Notes under the pieces: model-generated
Seen by the model: only the letters and a program-made list of their open reading frames with translations
What the model was told of the DNA's origin: nothing
Database searches by the model: none
Made by a program: the position numbers and the translations under genes
Part shown: one piece after another, positions 38,970-53,941 of the stretch
Layout of the letters: each line of letters opens with the position of its first letter
Position numbering within the stretch: position 1 is the stretch's first letter
From: Eledone cirrhosa
Lineage: Eukaryota
Length of the DNA: 64,000 nucleotides
Assembly (NCBI GenBank): GCA_964016885.1
Contig: OZ024740.1
Coordinates: 180,730,001-180,794,000 of the forward strand
Direction of reading: 5' to 3'

Positions 38970-39361
38970 AAAATAAATACACAGATATATAGGAGTACAT
39001 ACATATACATGCATATACACATATATCCTGAATTTGTGTGGTGCCAACCTTAACTGTTGTTGCTCTATGATTGCGGAGGGGGTATTAATGTCCCGGCAGT
39101 TTCTTGACCGCTGTTTCACGTGATAAGTTCCCTCTGCGCCTTTCCGGGATTCTCTCTCAAGCCTTGTGGACGTGTTTTGAAACTTTTAATGAGGTATTCT
39201 CTTGATAAGTTGGCAAACCACATAAAAATACTGCATCTCTATGATGTAATTCTTTTGCATAGTAGCCACAAATCTGCGCAGTCGAGGATGTAGAAAGATA
39301 TTGCGTATATATAATGTTTTCTTTATGTCTAATGTTTCTTCTTCCTTTATAAAGTAATATA

Positions 39362-39422
<61 letters not shown>
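38447..39422. repeat. Perfect palindrome with unique arms of about 405 bp, (TA)n at the centre and both ends
   Basis: 38525-38930 is mirrored by 38963-39368 (identical ORFs on opposite strands); axis at about 38946. Confidence 0.95.
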
Positions 39423-39429
<7 letters not shown>

Positions 39430-39516
39430 TTCGTTTCTGAATTTGTTTAGCAAGATTCTTATTGGCAATAAGACCCTCCCAAAGTATAACTATATATATA
39501 TATATAAATATATATA

Positions 39517-40028
39517 TATTGGTAAAAAGGAAAGGAAAATGCTCACATATTGTTCCCAGTGAAAAATAGTTTAATTAGGAATAAGTAAAAATTAGTAATA
39601 GTATTGGTTAGTATTCAGTTTTGGTTTTAAGTTTTTACCGGTTACGCATTTCTAATGCTTTTAAAAATAATGTTGACATAGAGCGCACGTGATGTTTGCT
39701 CTAATCTGATTAGTTTTGGAAATTCTACCTGATTTATGTAAAAAAAGTGGCTCCACATGTATGAAAAAATTCTTGTAGTCAAAACAATTTTAATTGGTCG
39801 GTAGAGGTCATGTGAATGTTAAAAATTGATTTTGCGCCAAATGTAGGTTTGTCTCGACTGATCGAGAAGTCACTGAAAAATAAGTCTTTTAAGACAAATG
39901 TGTGTGTGTAGTAGTAGTAGTAGTAGTAAAGAGGTTCCTTGTTGTGATAATGGTCAGCAGGGATGTGTGTGCGAACCGCAACCTTCTGACAGGTTAACAG
40001 TTCAGATGCCTATTAAGACAAGTGTGTG

Positions 40029-40075
<47 letters not shown>

Positions 40076-40201
40076 CAGAGTAATTCGTGGTAGAAGGATC
40101 GGTCAGTAGGAATGTGTCTGTACGTGTGTGGGGGATATTTTATCATGTTAAAAGATATTTTTCAGCTCTTGTCTTATACGGAGAAGTGTGTGTGTGTGTG
40201 T

Positions 40202-40250
<49 letters not shown>

Positions 40251-41898
40251 TCTCTCTCTTTGTATGTTAATGTACGCATGTGTATGTGTATGTGTATATG
40301 TGTGTCTGTGTGTGTGTGTGAATGTGTGTGTGTGTGTGTGGGTGGACAAGTATTTTTGTGATACTGGTAAAAATGGTGTACATTATTCGATATTTTCAAT
40401 AAAACACGATTCTCTCAATAGAACATCAAAAACCTTAATAATAAAAGGTGTGAAATGATATATAGTATTGGCATAAGCCCCAAGGTATGTGTGCGAGTGT
40501 CCAGATTGTACGTACTGCAAGGGGAATCCATTAGGCCTTACCGTATTGGAATATTTGTGTACAAATATGTATGTGCTCATCAGTGTGCAATGCATGTGTG
40601 CGTATATGTATGTGTGTGTGTCAGCACGTTTATATCTATAGACATCAAAAGGTATTCAAATTTGTGTATATTTGTGTTGCACCATAGAACATGTGTGTTT
40701 ACGTAAGTCATTGTGTTCATATGTGGATAGAGATGTATGTAGGATGTATGCTGATGTAGGTATGTATGTTGACGTGTGTATGATGTGGGTTCGTCTTAGG
40801 TAGAAGTGTTTAGACGGGGTCCGTATTTGTTAATAAAGTGAGATTCCTTGCTGATGAGCTGGGTGTGGGCGGCATTATCTATAAATTTGTAGAGGGGAAA
40901 GATTCTGAAGATGGGATGATTTGAGGCGGCGCGTGTATCAATGTGTTCACTCAGTGGTATTTTCCTGTATTCCCGTATTTTAATTTGGGATCTATGGACT
41001 GTCATGCGTTGGCGGAGGCTGAATTGGTCTGGCCTATGTATTGTTCTCGACAACCTGAGCAAGTTAATACATATATTAGATTTTCTGATGCGCATGTGAA
41101 ATTGTGTTTTATTATAAAACGTTGTCTTTCTTTGAAATAGAATTCCGAACCTTCTATTAGGTTGATGGATATGCCACAGTTGGATCTATCGCATTTTTTT
41201 ACTGTGGGTTTCGTTGTTGTGGTTGACAGTAGTTTGGCATGCGTTAGGATGTTTTTCATTGACTTAGATTGTCTTTTGCTCTTTATGATATCGTGTGTTC
41301 GTAGGATTTGGTTAATTCTATGGTCCTTTTTTAACACATGGAAGTTCTGGAGGATGGTCTCAAAGGCATCATTGTTGAGGGGGTTGTGTGTGGAGATGTA
41401 TGGAAGAGCTTTTAGTTTCGGTTGATTTACTTTAGGGTGTCTAAGGTCCTGGGTACTGAGTTTTAGGGCACGTTGGATTCCATTGTCAATTAGTGATGCA
41501 GGGTAGTCCCTGCCTATTAGTGTGTCCTTTAGTTCTTGTAGCCGTAAGTAACAGGTGTTTTTATTGGAGACTATAGTACAGATTCTCTTGGCTAAGCTGT
41601 AGGGAATATTAATTTTAACGTGTATAGGGTGGAAAGAGTTGAAAGGAAGATATTGCTTTGAGTCTGTGGGCTTGTAGTATATGTTTGTTTCTATTTTTTT
41701 GTTATGAATCTTAATGAGGATGTCGAGGAAGGGGAGTTGTTGATGGCTGTATTCCATCGTGAAGTTAATATTCGTGTTGAGCCCATTTATAAGGGTGTGA
41801 AATTCTTTAAGTTTCTCGATGTTTTCGTGCCAAAGGATGAAGCAGTCATCTAGATATCGCTTCCAGTTCCTTTCTATGTGTGAGTGGAGAGTGTTTCC
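39517..41898 (-). mobile_element. Inverted 3' portion of the Neptune-like Penelope element (RT C-terminus, GIY-YIG, 3' UTR)
   Basis: ORF 41002-41913 (-): WKRYLDDCF, LPFLDILI, YYKPTD, GIY-YIG NLIYVLTCSGCREQYIGQT; mirrors about 43650-46000. Confidence 0.92.
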
Positions 41899-44800
41899 AT
41901 AACAGAACCGCACAACAACTTCGCAAACCCCCAGCCACTAACAAAAGAAGAAGGAAGCACCACACCGAAGATGAACTTCCCAACCTCGCTACCATAAGAA
42001 GGAACAAAAACCCTAGAAATCATCTCCCCCAGAATGACATTTACAACTGTTCCCCTTCAAGGAGACACCATACCAAATCACTCAACTACTACGCGGATGC
42101 CTCAACGTCAAACATAGGGAAAATATACCACCACCATGATAGATGTAACAACTTCCCCGCCTCAAGGGGACAGCAAGGTAATTTCCATGTTCTCAACTCT
42201 CGCTTCCACAATACACAACAAACCCACACCACACGATACAACTAACAACGTAGGCCACCTATAACACCACAATCCAACATGGCACATAGAAACACACATC
42301 CATACTCGCAATACAGGAACACCCCATTCAATCTACAACCATGAACCCGAACCACATTTTACAACAACAAGGAATATAACAAACGCAGGAGACCACTTAA
42401 CATCAGCAGACAACCCCTCTACCCCAACCATTTTTTAGACACAGCACACAGATATAGGCAAACAAAATAACACAAGACAGGGAGGAGAAACCGAGAGTAA
42501 TAAAAATTATCAATCTAACTAGTGCAGAACCAACACCCAACATTATCAACTTACTCTCCAAAGGTCTTAAATTCACACCGACCCTTCTACGTCCTAACTA
42601 CTATGAAATGAAGGAAGACATCACAGACTTTTGTAGAAAGTTACGATTCAGTGAAGAATTATTCGACCAGTATAATGAGGATGAATCATTAGCCAGAAAT
42701 AGAAGCAATTACACCCCATCAAAAGGTAGAAATAAAATCCTGGACGAATTCTGTGAACACATCACAAACTTCCCTTACCAGCACTAGCACAGACAAAACC
42801 AAAAGCCAAACCTCAACAAGAAAGGATGGGAAGAATTAAATAGATTAAAAACCGACAGAACCATTACAATTAAAGAGGCTGATAAAGGGAGTACAGTAGT
42901 CCTAATGGAGACAGAATTCTATATTAACTTAGCGCTCTACACTTTCGAAAAAGAAACATACTACGAAAAGGCTGAACACTACAATCAACAGAAAATTATG
43001 AGAAACCGAAAAGCTCTGATCAACCAATACAAAGAAGGACTCACTAACAAGGAATTCAGCTTCATCACAGACTTCACAAGTAAATCCAGCCTTTTCTACA
43101 GTATCCCTAAAGTACATAAAAGCGAATTAATAAATAAGGCATTCAAGGAAGCCACAGACATAGTCATCAATGTCCCCTCACCCAATGATCTCAACTTAAG
43201 ACCTATAATAGCAGGCCCCGCCTGCGAAACCCACCGCCTTAGCAACTTCATTGATACCTTCTCAAGCCTTTTCTCAAACACATTAAAAGCTATATAAGGG
43301 ACGACCTAGATATGCTCAATCACCTCCCTAATATGCCCCTTTCTGAACAAACCCTACTAGTGACGTTCGATGTAGTCAACCTATACTCCAACATCCCCCA
43401 CAACCTAGGAATAGAAGCTATCGAATTATTGCTGGATAATTACCACAATGAACTCCCACAACGCATCGAAAAAGAAATGGAGATAGAGGGACTCAAATTT
43501 ATCTTGGAGAACAATTACTTCGTTTTCAATAGCAAACCCTACAGGCAGAAATCTGGGACCGTTATGGGAACGAAAACAGCCCCCACTTATGCCAACCTAG
43601 TCATGGGATACTTGGAAATCACCCTCTACACTAAAGTACTAAACAAATTTGGAAACACTCTCCACTTACACATAGAAAGGAACCGGAAGCGATATCTAGA
43701 TGACTGCTTCATCCTTTGGCACGAAAACATCGAGAAACTTAAAGAATTTCACACCCTTATAAATGGGCTCAACACGAATATTAACTTCACGATGGAATAC
43801 AGCCATCAACAACTCCCCTTCCTCGACATCCTCATTAAGATTCATAACAAAAAAATAGAGACAGACATATACTACAAGCCCTCAGACTCAAAGCAATATC
43901 TTCCTTTCAACTATTGCCACCCTAGACACGTTAAAATTAATATTCCCTACAACTTAGCCAAGAGAATCTATACTATAGTCTCCAATAAAAAACACCTGTT
44001 ACTTACGGCTACAAGAATTAAAGGACACACTCATAGGCAAGGACCACCCTGCATCACTAATTGACAATAGAATCCAACGTGCCCTAAAACTCAGTACCCA
44101 GGACCTTAGACACCCTAAAGTAAATCAACCGAAACTAAAAGTTCTTCCATACATCTCCAACAAAAAACCCACTCAACAATGAGGCATTTGACACCATCCT
44201 CCAGATCTTCCCTGTGTTAAAAAAGGACCATAGAATTAACCAAATCCTATGAACACACGATATCATGAAGAGCAAAAGACAATCTAAGTCAATGAAAAAC
44301 ATCCTAACACATGCCAAACTACTGCCAACCACATCAATGAAACCCACAGTAAAAAAATGCGATAGACCCAACTGTGGCATGTGCATCCACCTAACAGAAG
44401 GTTCGGAATTATATTTCAAAGAAGGACAACGTTTTATAATAAAACACAATCTCACATGCGCATCAGAAAATCTAATATATGTATTAACTTGCTCAGGTTG
44501 TCGAGAACAATACATAGGCCAGACCAATTCAGCCTCCGCCAACGTATGGCTGTCCATAGATCCCAAATTAAAATACAGGAATACAGGAAAATACCACTGA
44601 GTGAACACATTTATACCTGTGCGGCCAAAATCATCCCAACTTCAGAATCTTTCCCCTCTACACATTTAAAGATACTGCCACCCACACCCAGCGCATCAGT
44701 AAGAAATTTCACTTTATTAACAAATACGGACCCCGTATAAACACTTCTCCCTAAGACGAACCCTCAACATACACACGTCAACATACATACTTACATCGGC

Positions 44801-45442
44801 ATACATACTTACATCGGCATACATCCTACATAGATCTCTATCCACATATAAACACAATGACATACGTAAACACACATGTTCTATGGTGCAACACAAATAT
44901 ACACAAATGTGCATACCCTTTGATATTTATAGATATAAACGTGCCGACACACGCACATACATATACGTACACATGCATTGCACAGTAATGGGCACATACA
45001 TGGTTGTACACAAGTATTCCAATACGGCAAGGCCTAATGGATTCCCCTATCAGTACGTACAATCTGGACACTCACACACACCTTGGTCTTATGCCAATAC
45101 TATATATCATTCCACACCTTTTATTATTAAGGTTTTTGATGTTCCATTGAGAGAATCGTTTTTACTGAAAATATCGAATAATGTACACCATTATTACCAG
45201 TATCACAAAAATACTGGTCCACCCACACACACACATTCATACACACACACACACATATATATATACACACACATACACACGCGTACATTAACATACAAAT
45301 ATACACACACACACTTCCCCGTATAAGACAAAGGCTGAGAAATATATTTTAACATGTTAAAATATCCCCCACACACGTACAGACACATTCCTACTGACCG
45401 ATCCCTCTACCACGGATTACTCTGCTACACACACACACACAC

Positions 45443-45501
<59 letters not shown>

Positions 45502-46030
45502 TCTTAATAGGCATCTGAACTGTTAACCTGTCAAAAGGTTGCGGTTCGCACACACATCCCTGCTGACCATTATCACAACAAGGAACATCTTTACTACTAC
45601 TACTACTAGTACTACTACACACACACACACACATATTTGTCTTAAAAGACTTATTTTTCAGTGAATTCTCAATCAGCCGAGACAAACCTACATTTGGCGC
45701 AAAATCAATTTTTAACATTCACATGGACCAATCAAAATTGTTTTGACCACAAGAATTTTTTCATACATCTTTTTTTACATAAAACAGGTAGAATTTCCAA
45801 AACTAATCAGATTAGAGCAAACATCACAGGCGCTCTATGTCAAAATTATTTTTGAAAAGCATTAGAAATGCGCAACCGGTGAAAACTTAAAACCAAAACT
45901 GAATACTAAGCAATACTGTTACTAATTTTTACTCATTGCTAATTAAACTATTTTTCACTGGGAACAATTTGTCAGCATTTTCTCTTCCTTTTACCAATAT
46001 GACTCGTGTGTTACACCTCTATTCTTTTAA
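41899..46030 (+). mobile_element. Penelope-like retroelement (Neptune-like), RT + Cys linker + GIY-YIG, frameshifted, with long microsatellite-rich 3' UTR
   Basis: LLSKGLKFTP, IKEADKGS, FYSIPKVHK, LRPIIAG, FDVVNLYSNIP, GTVMGTKTAPTYANLVM, RYLDD, CDRPNCGMC linker, IYVLTCSGCREQYIGQT; ends GTGTTACACCTCTATTCTTTTAA followed by (TA)n. Confidence 0.93.
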
Positions 46031-46049
46031 ATATATATATATATATATA

Positions 46050-46230
46050 AATATATTAAAATAACAGATGAATGTTTAAGCAAGAATCGCTGTTTTCACT
46101 CTTAATGGGATCTTCTGAAACTAAAAAGATAAATCGGTGAACGTAGGAGTAAATATCTCGAAAAACGTTGCAACCGGAAGAAAACAGGAAGACGATACTT
46201 TGGTTCGTGAAGACGTTCCCTGGCAATGAA
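46050..46230 (+). mobile_element. Fragment of the Helentron/DINE-like family at 29787
   Basis: Shares TAAAATAACA..TTTAAGCAA..GAATC and GGAAGACGATACTTTG.TTCGTGAAGACGTTCCCTGGCA with 30110-30238. Confidence 0.6.
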
Positions 46231-46439
46231 TGGAAAAAAGTGAAGATAATACGTCGTTATGTGGAGCGTTGAGAACAATTACATGTAAAGTCAAAACATG
46301 TTTATGGTATAAATGTGGTAGTAGACTAATATTCTGTTTAGGAAACGGCAGGATTCTCGGGTTCAGAGAATAATGTAAATAAATGTGTATAACGAAAATG
46401 ACAGAGGTTATTAATATCATAAATGTAATAATATTTAAA

Positions 46440-47282
46440 TATATACATACACGCATCTATATACGTACATACACGGGCATACGCGAAAACACCCGCCATA
46501 CATTCCTATACATGCATATACATAACAAAACATAAACCCGCGCGACACATGTACGCGCACACATACGAGCGTTTACACGAAATACACATTAAATATATAT
46601 ATATAAACATATATAAAAATATATATAAACGTCTATAAAAATATATATATAAACGTATATAAATATACAGATATAAATACGTATATAACGCACGCACACA
46701 CATACCTACAGGAAAATACACATATGTTCACCACACGACGTCAACCAAAACACAATGTACACAAATACACACCTTACATACGTGCAAACAGACATACACA
46801 CAACAACAAAATACACATATACATAACCATATACACATATACCAGTATAAATAATATAACATATACACCTATAACAAATACAAGACGTAAATTATTCGCG
46901 TATTGTTCGTACTATCCCATGGGGTATAATGTGGGGCTGTAATACAGAAAAGTGTTATGCAATATGTGTTTACAAGTCGAAATTGCCTCAGAATGTTGTT
47001 TAAGATGTGATCATTGGCGTAGAGTGTCCCAGTGTAAACTGTTTTGGGTGTGGCTGTCTTTTAGACTGCAGATATAAGCTGAAAGTGAAGTTACAGTCCT
47101 TCTTAAAAGGTTAAGAAAAATATGTGTGTGCATGTAAATACGGTGTTTGAATCTATTGGCGGTTAACCCTATGTAGGCCCTACTTGACGAGGGTGTTTCG
47201 ACCTTACATTTGTAGACAGTGTTACTGGAAACCCATTTCCCGGATATAGGGCAGTGAACCTGATTCCTACTATTACAGTTAC

Positions 47283-47283
<1 letters not shown>
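46440..47283 (-). pseudogene. 5'-truncated Naiad-like PLE fragment (GIY-YIG and 3' UTR)
   Basis: [25 protein letters not shown]...[17 protein letters not shown]...TSLSAYI in ORF 47011-47475. Confidence 0.8.
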
Positions 47284-47317
<34 letters not shown>

Positions 47318-47332
47318 GTATATATATGTATA

Positions 47333-47397
<65 letters not shown>

Positions 47398-47519
47398 AAG
47401 GTAAGTAGAATCGAAGCTTTGGCTGTGGCCAAGCAAAGTCGACCTACAATAAGGAATGAGTAGAAAAGCGGTCAATAAGGGTAGGTCCTTCGAGTGATAA
47501 CATTACGTTTTAAAAGCTT

Positions 47520-48098
47520 GACAAATTGAACATTGCGGTAGGCAAAAACCAACCATACAATACCAAAAACAACGAAAGACCTAATTAGGTTAACATATAT
47601 ATACGAAGAAACTCGGTCACTTCTCACAGGCAATACTAGACTGCGTGCGAGAGGTGTAAGTGAGATAATTGCGAAAGTCCGGAAAGATTTTAGGTTGAAA
47701 AGAAAATTAAAATAAAATTAAAAATAACATTACAAAGAATCAGTCTGCAATAGTGATTGCCTAAACACGAGAAGTGAATTTTTCACACGTTGTCCACACG
47801 TCACCAAACATCTATTGCATAACTACAAGGCCCCGGACTGATTCTTTGTAATTTTATTTTTAATGTTATTCTAATTTTGTTTTCAACCTAAAAACTTTCC
47901 GGACTTTCGCAGTTATCTCCCTTACACCTCTCGCACGCAGTCTAGTATTGCCTGTGAGAAGTGACCGAGTTTCTGCGCATGCGCGTTCGTACGGTTGTCC
48001 TTCCTGTTCCTATAAACATGCACAACCCGAGCTGAAGATCCGTAAGGGGAAACAATTGTTCTCGGTATGGTGAACTAACTGTTGTGTAACCACTTCTA
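47520..48098 (+). mobile_element. Solo pLTR of the PLE family at 17879, with an inverted partial copy upstream
   Basis: 47746-48098 is similar to 20092-20425 (encodes ..DCLNTRSEFFTRCPHVTKHLLHNYK); 47610-47735 is the reverse complement of about 47850-47972. Confidence 0.85.
48027..48065 (+). ncRNA. Minimal type I hammerhead ribozyme in a PLE pLTR
   Basis: CCGAG-CTGAAGA-TCC GTAA GGG-GAAA-CAATTG-TT-CTCGG: 5-bp stem I, GNRA-capped stem II, palindromic stem III, GUU triplet. Confidence 0.82.
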
Positions 48099-50089
48099 TA
48101 TATTTATATATATATACATATATATATATATAATTATATACTGTGTTTATTTCTACATATATTAATATTATAATGCTCAGTATTTATACTTTGAGCTTGA
48201 TAATTGCAGGGTATCAATATGAGTTAATGATTCTATATTTTATTTGTATTTCGGCTCCCAATCTGGTGAGCTTCTAACATGAGTGTAATTAGGCTATTTC
48301 TTCTAGCATAACCACTCACACCACGTTAAGCTTTCAACCCACGAGGTACATCCTTCGGACCAGAGTATGACTATATGGAAAACGAAGAATCAGTGATGCA
48401 TCGGAACACAATTTATTACATATTACAATTGTTTCTTCGGCGAAACAGTTCGAGGTAAGATCTGTTTCTGGATCGAACCTGACTCTGGATTCGCAAGTTC
48501 CTCATATACGTCTAGTGATTTCGAGCAAATTCTCTTTCTGCTGGACTCCGACACTTCAAATTTTTATTATCTTCCATCATCATGTTTGCGCGGCACTTAG
48601 ATTAGTTGATAGTTTGCGCCGTCATCATAGTGCTTGACCTTTGAAATATGTCACTGACCATTTCCATTCTTGCGTGAGCTGTCACTTCCCCCAATCCCAA
48701 CGCCATAAATGACCGCTCTGTGTAGGATAGTTCTTATGAATTATCATGCCCTTCCCTTACTTGCCTAACTCCCCATACATATACACCCACATGTACATGT
48801 TCTCATACCTATATACAGGCATTCGGAGCCATTAGTTGTACACTTATCTGTGTGGACACACACACACACACACATATATACACACACACACACATACTCT
48901 CATAGAGTTTGCCGACATACGTATATATATTTCACCTCTCTTATGCAGATATACGCACACACGTACATATATGAACCCAGTTATATCCATATAATCCATA
49001 TACACAGAAACACACGCGCACACATATATACATTCTTTCTTACACACATGTGCATACATATGCGCACCCATACATACACACACGTGCTTACATATGCATT
49101 CAGTCAAGCCTACTCTTACACGCACACACATACATATATAGATATGTACACGCACACACACAAACACACATGTACGTGTGTTTACATATACATACACACA
49201 AACACACACATACATATATATATACACACACCTATATACCCACTCACACACAGACAGACATACACACACACAAGTACACACATATATGAGAATAAACAGT
49301 ACAAAAATATGTGGAAAGTGCATATAAGTATGCGTATGATGCTGTGCATCTTTTAGTGCACAACGTAATATTACGTGGGGAAATACGTGAACATTACAAA
49401 AAACGTACAAATGTGGGATACGTCGATGAATGCATGCAGCATCTCACATAACGGTATACACGTATATGCAGACGCACTTTGATGAACATCTTGACTGAGT
49501 TGGCATTATGATGCTAACGTGAACTAATCGAGATAGAGTAATCTTATAAACAAAATTATATATGGGAAGCTCATATGAATAATGTTACGGGTACACGCAA
49601 GACATATATAAAACATATATAAAGACTATATAAAAATATATAAAAAATACATAAAAATATATTTTAAAATATACAAAAGATATATAAACAAATACACATG
49701 GGGTTGTACATGAAAAAATACATGAAGTGTTACATAATGGAATACGTAGAGACAATACACACACTACATAAAAATACATATGTAGGGAGTGCGGAGGAAC
49801 AGCTTATAATGTACTATGTTGCTGTGGCTGAAATAGAGTGCCTTACTGATGTGTGATATTAGATGGATTATACCCATAGTCATTGAGCCCTCATGTCCTG
49901 GCTACTGCGACGGCTGTGTTTAAGATGGGGTGCAGAGTCAAATGTGCAGCATTAATTGTGCCGACCTACCCCACAGGGAATACATAGTCATCAAGTTGAG
50001 GTGTCGGATCCCATGGACCCGCGCTGCCACCCCGACTGACGTCCGCTTCCGCGTATGGCTTTAGCTGGTGTCATCCGGGGGTACCCATT

Positions 50090-51040
50090 GGGAGAGTCGG
50101 CACCTTCGCTGGTATCTACATGTCATGACGATCGCCGATTTCAGGTTGACTGCGTCATTATTTAATCTTACTATCTCCATGGTCTCGGCGAAGCATAGTC
50201 TACACTTGTTCTAGCCGGCCGAATATGAACCGGCACGTTGAACGATACTCCAGTTGAGATCATACGTAGCGCCGGTGTCCTTCAAGTCCGATATTAGGTC
50301 CGCCGGCCTAATGGAGTCTCTCTTGATTAGATCCTTGAAAGAGTTCGTGTGATTGTACATCCTCGACTTAAAGGTTGTGGATGCTGCGCCGATGTATGTG
50401 CGCTTGGTGTGCGTGTTAACCACACATTTATAGACGACGCCCTTCGTTAGGCATCTTCCCTGGAGAGGGCATTGTGTGCCTACTCGGCAGCTGCAGGTCG
50501 GTCTGTATGTTACTAAACCTTATGCTGGGTCCTAGCCTTATTACGGCGTTCTCCCGATTCTCTGGGTGTTGTTCTGCCGGTACGATGGGCTGTTTTCCGT
50601 CTTCAGTACCACCTGGTAGTCGAGTACAGCGTTTTCCGCCGGTATGTCGGCTACTGTGGGAACCAGGCTATAATTGGTAACCCTGCCTTCATGTGGTCCT
50701 TTCGGGATCGTCTGCCGCCTGCCGTAGTTGGCTGTCGAGTTTCCCCAACTTCACCGCATTGGTTTTGGAAATATAATCTGCCATGTTAGTTGCGGTGGAG
50801 AAGGAGAACTTCACTGTTTGGCGGTTGAATATCCTGTGGTACCTGTTCGACGGCGGTATGCACTCGTCCAATGCCCTGAAGAAGAGACCTGGTACATTGC
50901 TCCATACATGATTCGAATACGGCGCGTTAAACCACGTAATAGTCTTAGACCTTGTCCCTATTCCATCGTCTGTGTGTAGTAGTGTGTGGTGGGTCAGGTG
51001 TCCCTCCCGGGTTGTGTCTACCCGTTAGTTCATCCCCTAT
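50090..51040 (-). pseudogene. 5'-truncated Naiad-like PLE (RT thumb, linker, GIY-YIG); a third subfamily, GC-richer
   Basis: TWFNAPYS.., YHRIFNRQTVKFSFS, CSCRVGTQCPLQGRCLTKGVVYKC, TYIGAASTTFKSRMYNHTNSF, CRLCFAE. Confidence 0.85.
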
Positions 51041-53867
51041 GCTACTGATATTCAAATATCTACCATGTGCGTCAGGATTACAACGTTCGCTTACTATAAT
51101 TTAAATAAAATATTCTGTTCTATATTGTTGGCCCTATTGGTAATCCCAGCATTGCTATCTGGTACTACTGTCAGGGCTATGCTTATGCCATTGATCCGGG
51201 AATTCCCTCTATCTGGTTCCACGTATATATATATATACATATATATATACGGAGAGACAGAGTGTGTGTGTTTTTGTATTATCTCAAACAATCTTCCATT
51301 GATTAGAAGTATTTTCAAACGAAACATGCGCCATTTTACGATTTATATAGCAAGTGTAGTCACTTAAAATAAGACATATGCAGCCAATTACAGCTCAATG
51401 AGAAAACCAATATGTGGCACCTCTATTGTTGTTAGATTAAATATCGCTCACGTGTCCCACTGCCGTATATTCTTGGAACTCCAACAAATATATTTCAATA
51501 TAATGTGTATGCCTTTATAAACATAAAACTATTCTCCTGGATTTCAATTAAGTTTCTTGGCAAAACATACAGTTAAAAGTTCTTCCCTGCATACAGTTTT
51601 TCTGATAAGCTTATTTCGCCATGTATATGAAATTATGTGACCTCACATAATATAAAAGTCGGACTGGAATCCGTCAGTGGAAACGTTTTTATGTTAACTC
51701 TTCTTAATGATATTAACACTATGGTAACTATTTCATTTTAAGAAAATTTATGATTACACATAACAATGTCAATACAACATAGTAGCAGAAAAAGCAACCC
51801 GTTAGGTGGTTTTCTGCTGGTATTTGTAGTGTGTATATTGATATTATAAGCAAGTATATATGCATGTAGATATGCTACATCAAATAACATCGTAATTGAC
51901 AATACACATAGACATTGAACGAAGACTGTGTTACACTCTCTTATGTAATCAGTAACGTAGTCCATGATACATTAAAAAAGATAATATTATATATAAACTG
52001 CATTAGGAGAATATTAGTGACGGAAATATATTAATGTTTATTTAAGCGATCACTAACCGGAAGTGTTGACATTTGAAAGTTTTAAAGAAGTGAATCTTTA
52101 AATAAACAAAAAAAAATTAAATCAACAGCTACGAAATTTAGTAGATATAGTATGTTATATTCATTCATTATTTATTCAAAGTAATCCAACTTATTTTACT
52201 AATCGGATAACGAATTATAAACCGTACGCAGTACCGCACCCCTTACTTTATTATAGTTTAGATACGATGTCTTGAACACAAAGGAAGGATGAAAATGAGC
52301 ATTTCTAACATCTGAGTTAGTCTTTTAGTGACTAAAGCAAATGATATTTCAAAAAAAACATTCATATTCTGATTAAAGTATAATTAATATTCTGAATCAA
52401 ATAATTAATATATGCATGAACATCTTAGTTAACTTAATTTTCGGAAAACTGATTTCTTTCTTATAAGGATTAACAAAACATATTACTGGATAGAAGCATG
52501 ATGAATTTGTAAAGAGTGTCTCTCTAGACGACATGACTCTATTTGTCTAAATTTCGTTTTGTTGGGCGTATATCATTTCATATAATCTGCACATGAACTG
52601 CAAAAGATTTCCTGCATTACGCATGTGACTTTTCATATTCTAAGTTAGTCCATTTATCTATTCATACAGACTGATAATAGATTTTGCAGAAGGAGATTGA
52701 AATTAATCAGGTTGCTGAACTTTAGATAACTAGTGATGCTTAGAGTATTGTGATAATGAAATAAACTGTATGAAAGCAACCATTCCATCACAGTTAACGT
52801 AACTAAGATTAGTACTAAGAGAATGTATCAAAATTGGCACGATTAATTGAAAACAGTTGAAAGTTGATGGTATTTATCACAAGCACATTTTATAACCGTC
52901 AGAAGAGAGATATATTCCATTGAAAATATAACCTAACAGTCGCTTTATAAGAAAACAAATCCTCATATAATTACTCTGTTACTAAATTGATATCAATTAG
53001 TAGAATGAAGGGAAAGAGGACAAATAATGTCAATATTTCTGTAGAATATATTCATGTTTTTGATATAACATTCGCTTTCTCAGATACGAAAGCCATGTTA
53101 CATCTGATCGATTTTACATCCATGAACCTAGAGCTAACTGAATTATCGGGAGCATGCCATACAATCAAAAATGTGTTTTATCCTTAATTAAGATTTGGCA
53201 CGAATACTTAATTGAAGATGGCGTGTTTGGCTTTTACAATTACCTACAATCTTTTGATGACAGAATGCTGAAGCTGGCACAATACAGCACCAGCACCTGC
53301 AATTCTTGAACTTAGATCAGTCTACCGTTTTTCATCATTCATGAACATGGGTTCAATGTAGCTAAACTTCTCTAGCTGCATTAGTCGAATAACATGAACA
53401 TGCGTGCACTGAACTAGTCAAATGTCTCGGTCTCCGCAGAACTTATTTTCTTTCCTGCTGAATACTGCACGGCCGGAAACCTATTAATTATATGTCGGAG
53501 ATCCCCTTTTGATTCTGATGTTTGGGGGCCCGTGCTTCGCATTGAAAATATGATTATTTGTCAACCGCATGTAAAAGAGAACAAAACAAATTATAGAACA
53601 TAGAGCACGAGCGAAATTATTACAATGATGGTATCAGAAAGAAGAAAATTGATATGGTATGCATTGGGATGAGGGATGGTCTGTAAATAAAAAAAATATG
53701 ACAGAAATGTCGTGGATTTAATGAAGTGAAAAATCAAACAAGATTCAGTCAATTGGTTTGAGAGAAATTAAATTAATTGGGAAAATAAAGACAATTGTTG
53801 TTGATTTGTCAGCATTTAGACACGATGCTAATCTATATCGCTTATTACATGCATGCATAAATATATA

Positions 53868-53934
<67 letters not shown>

Positions 53935-53941
<7 letters not shown>

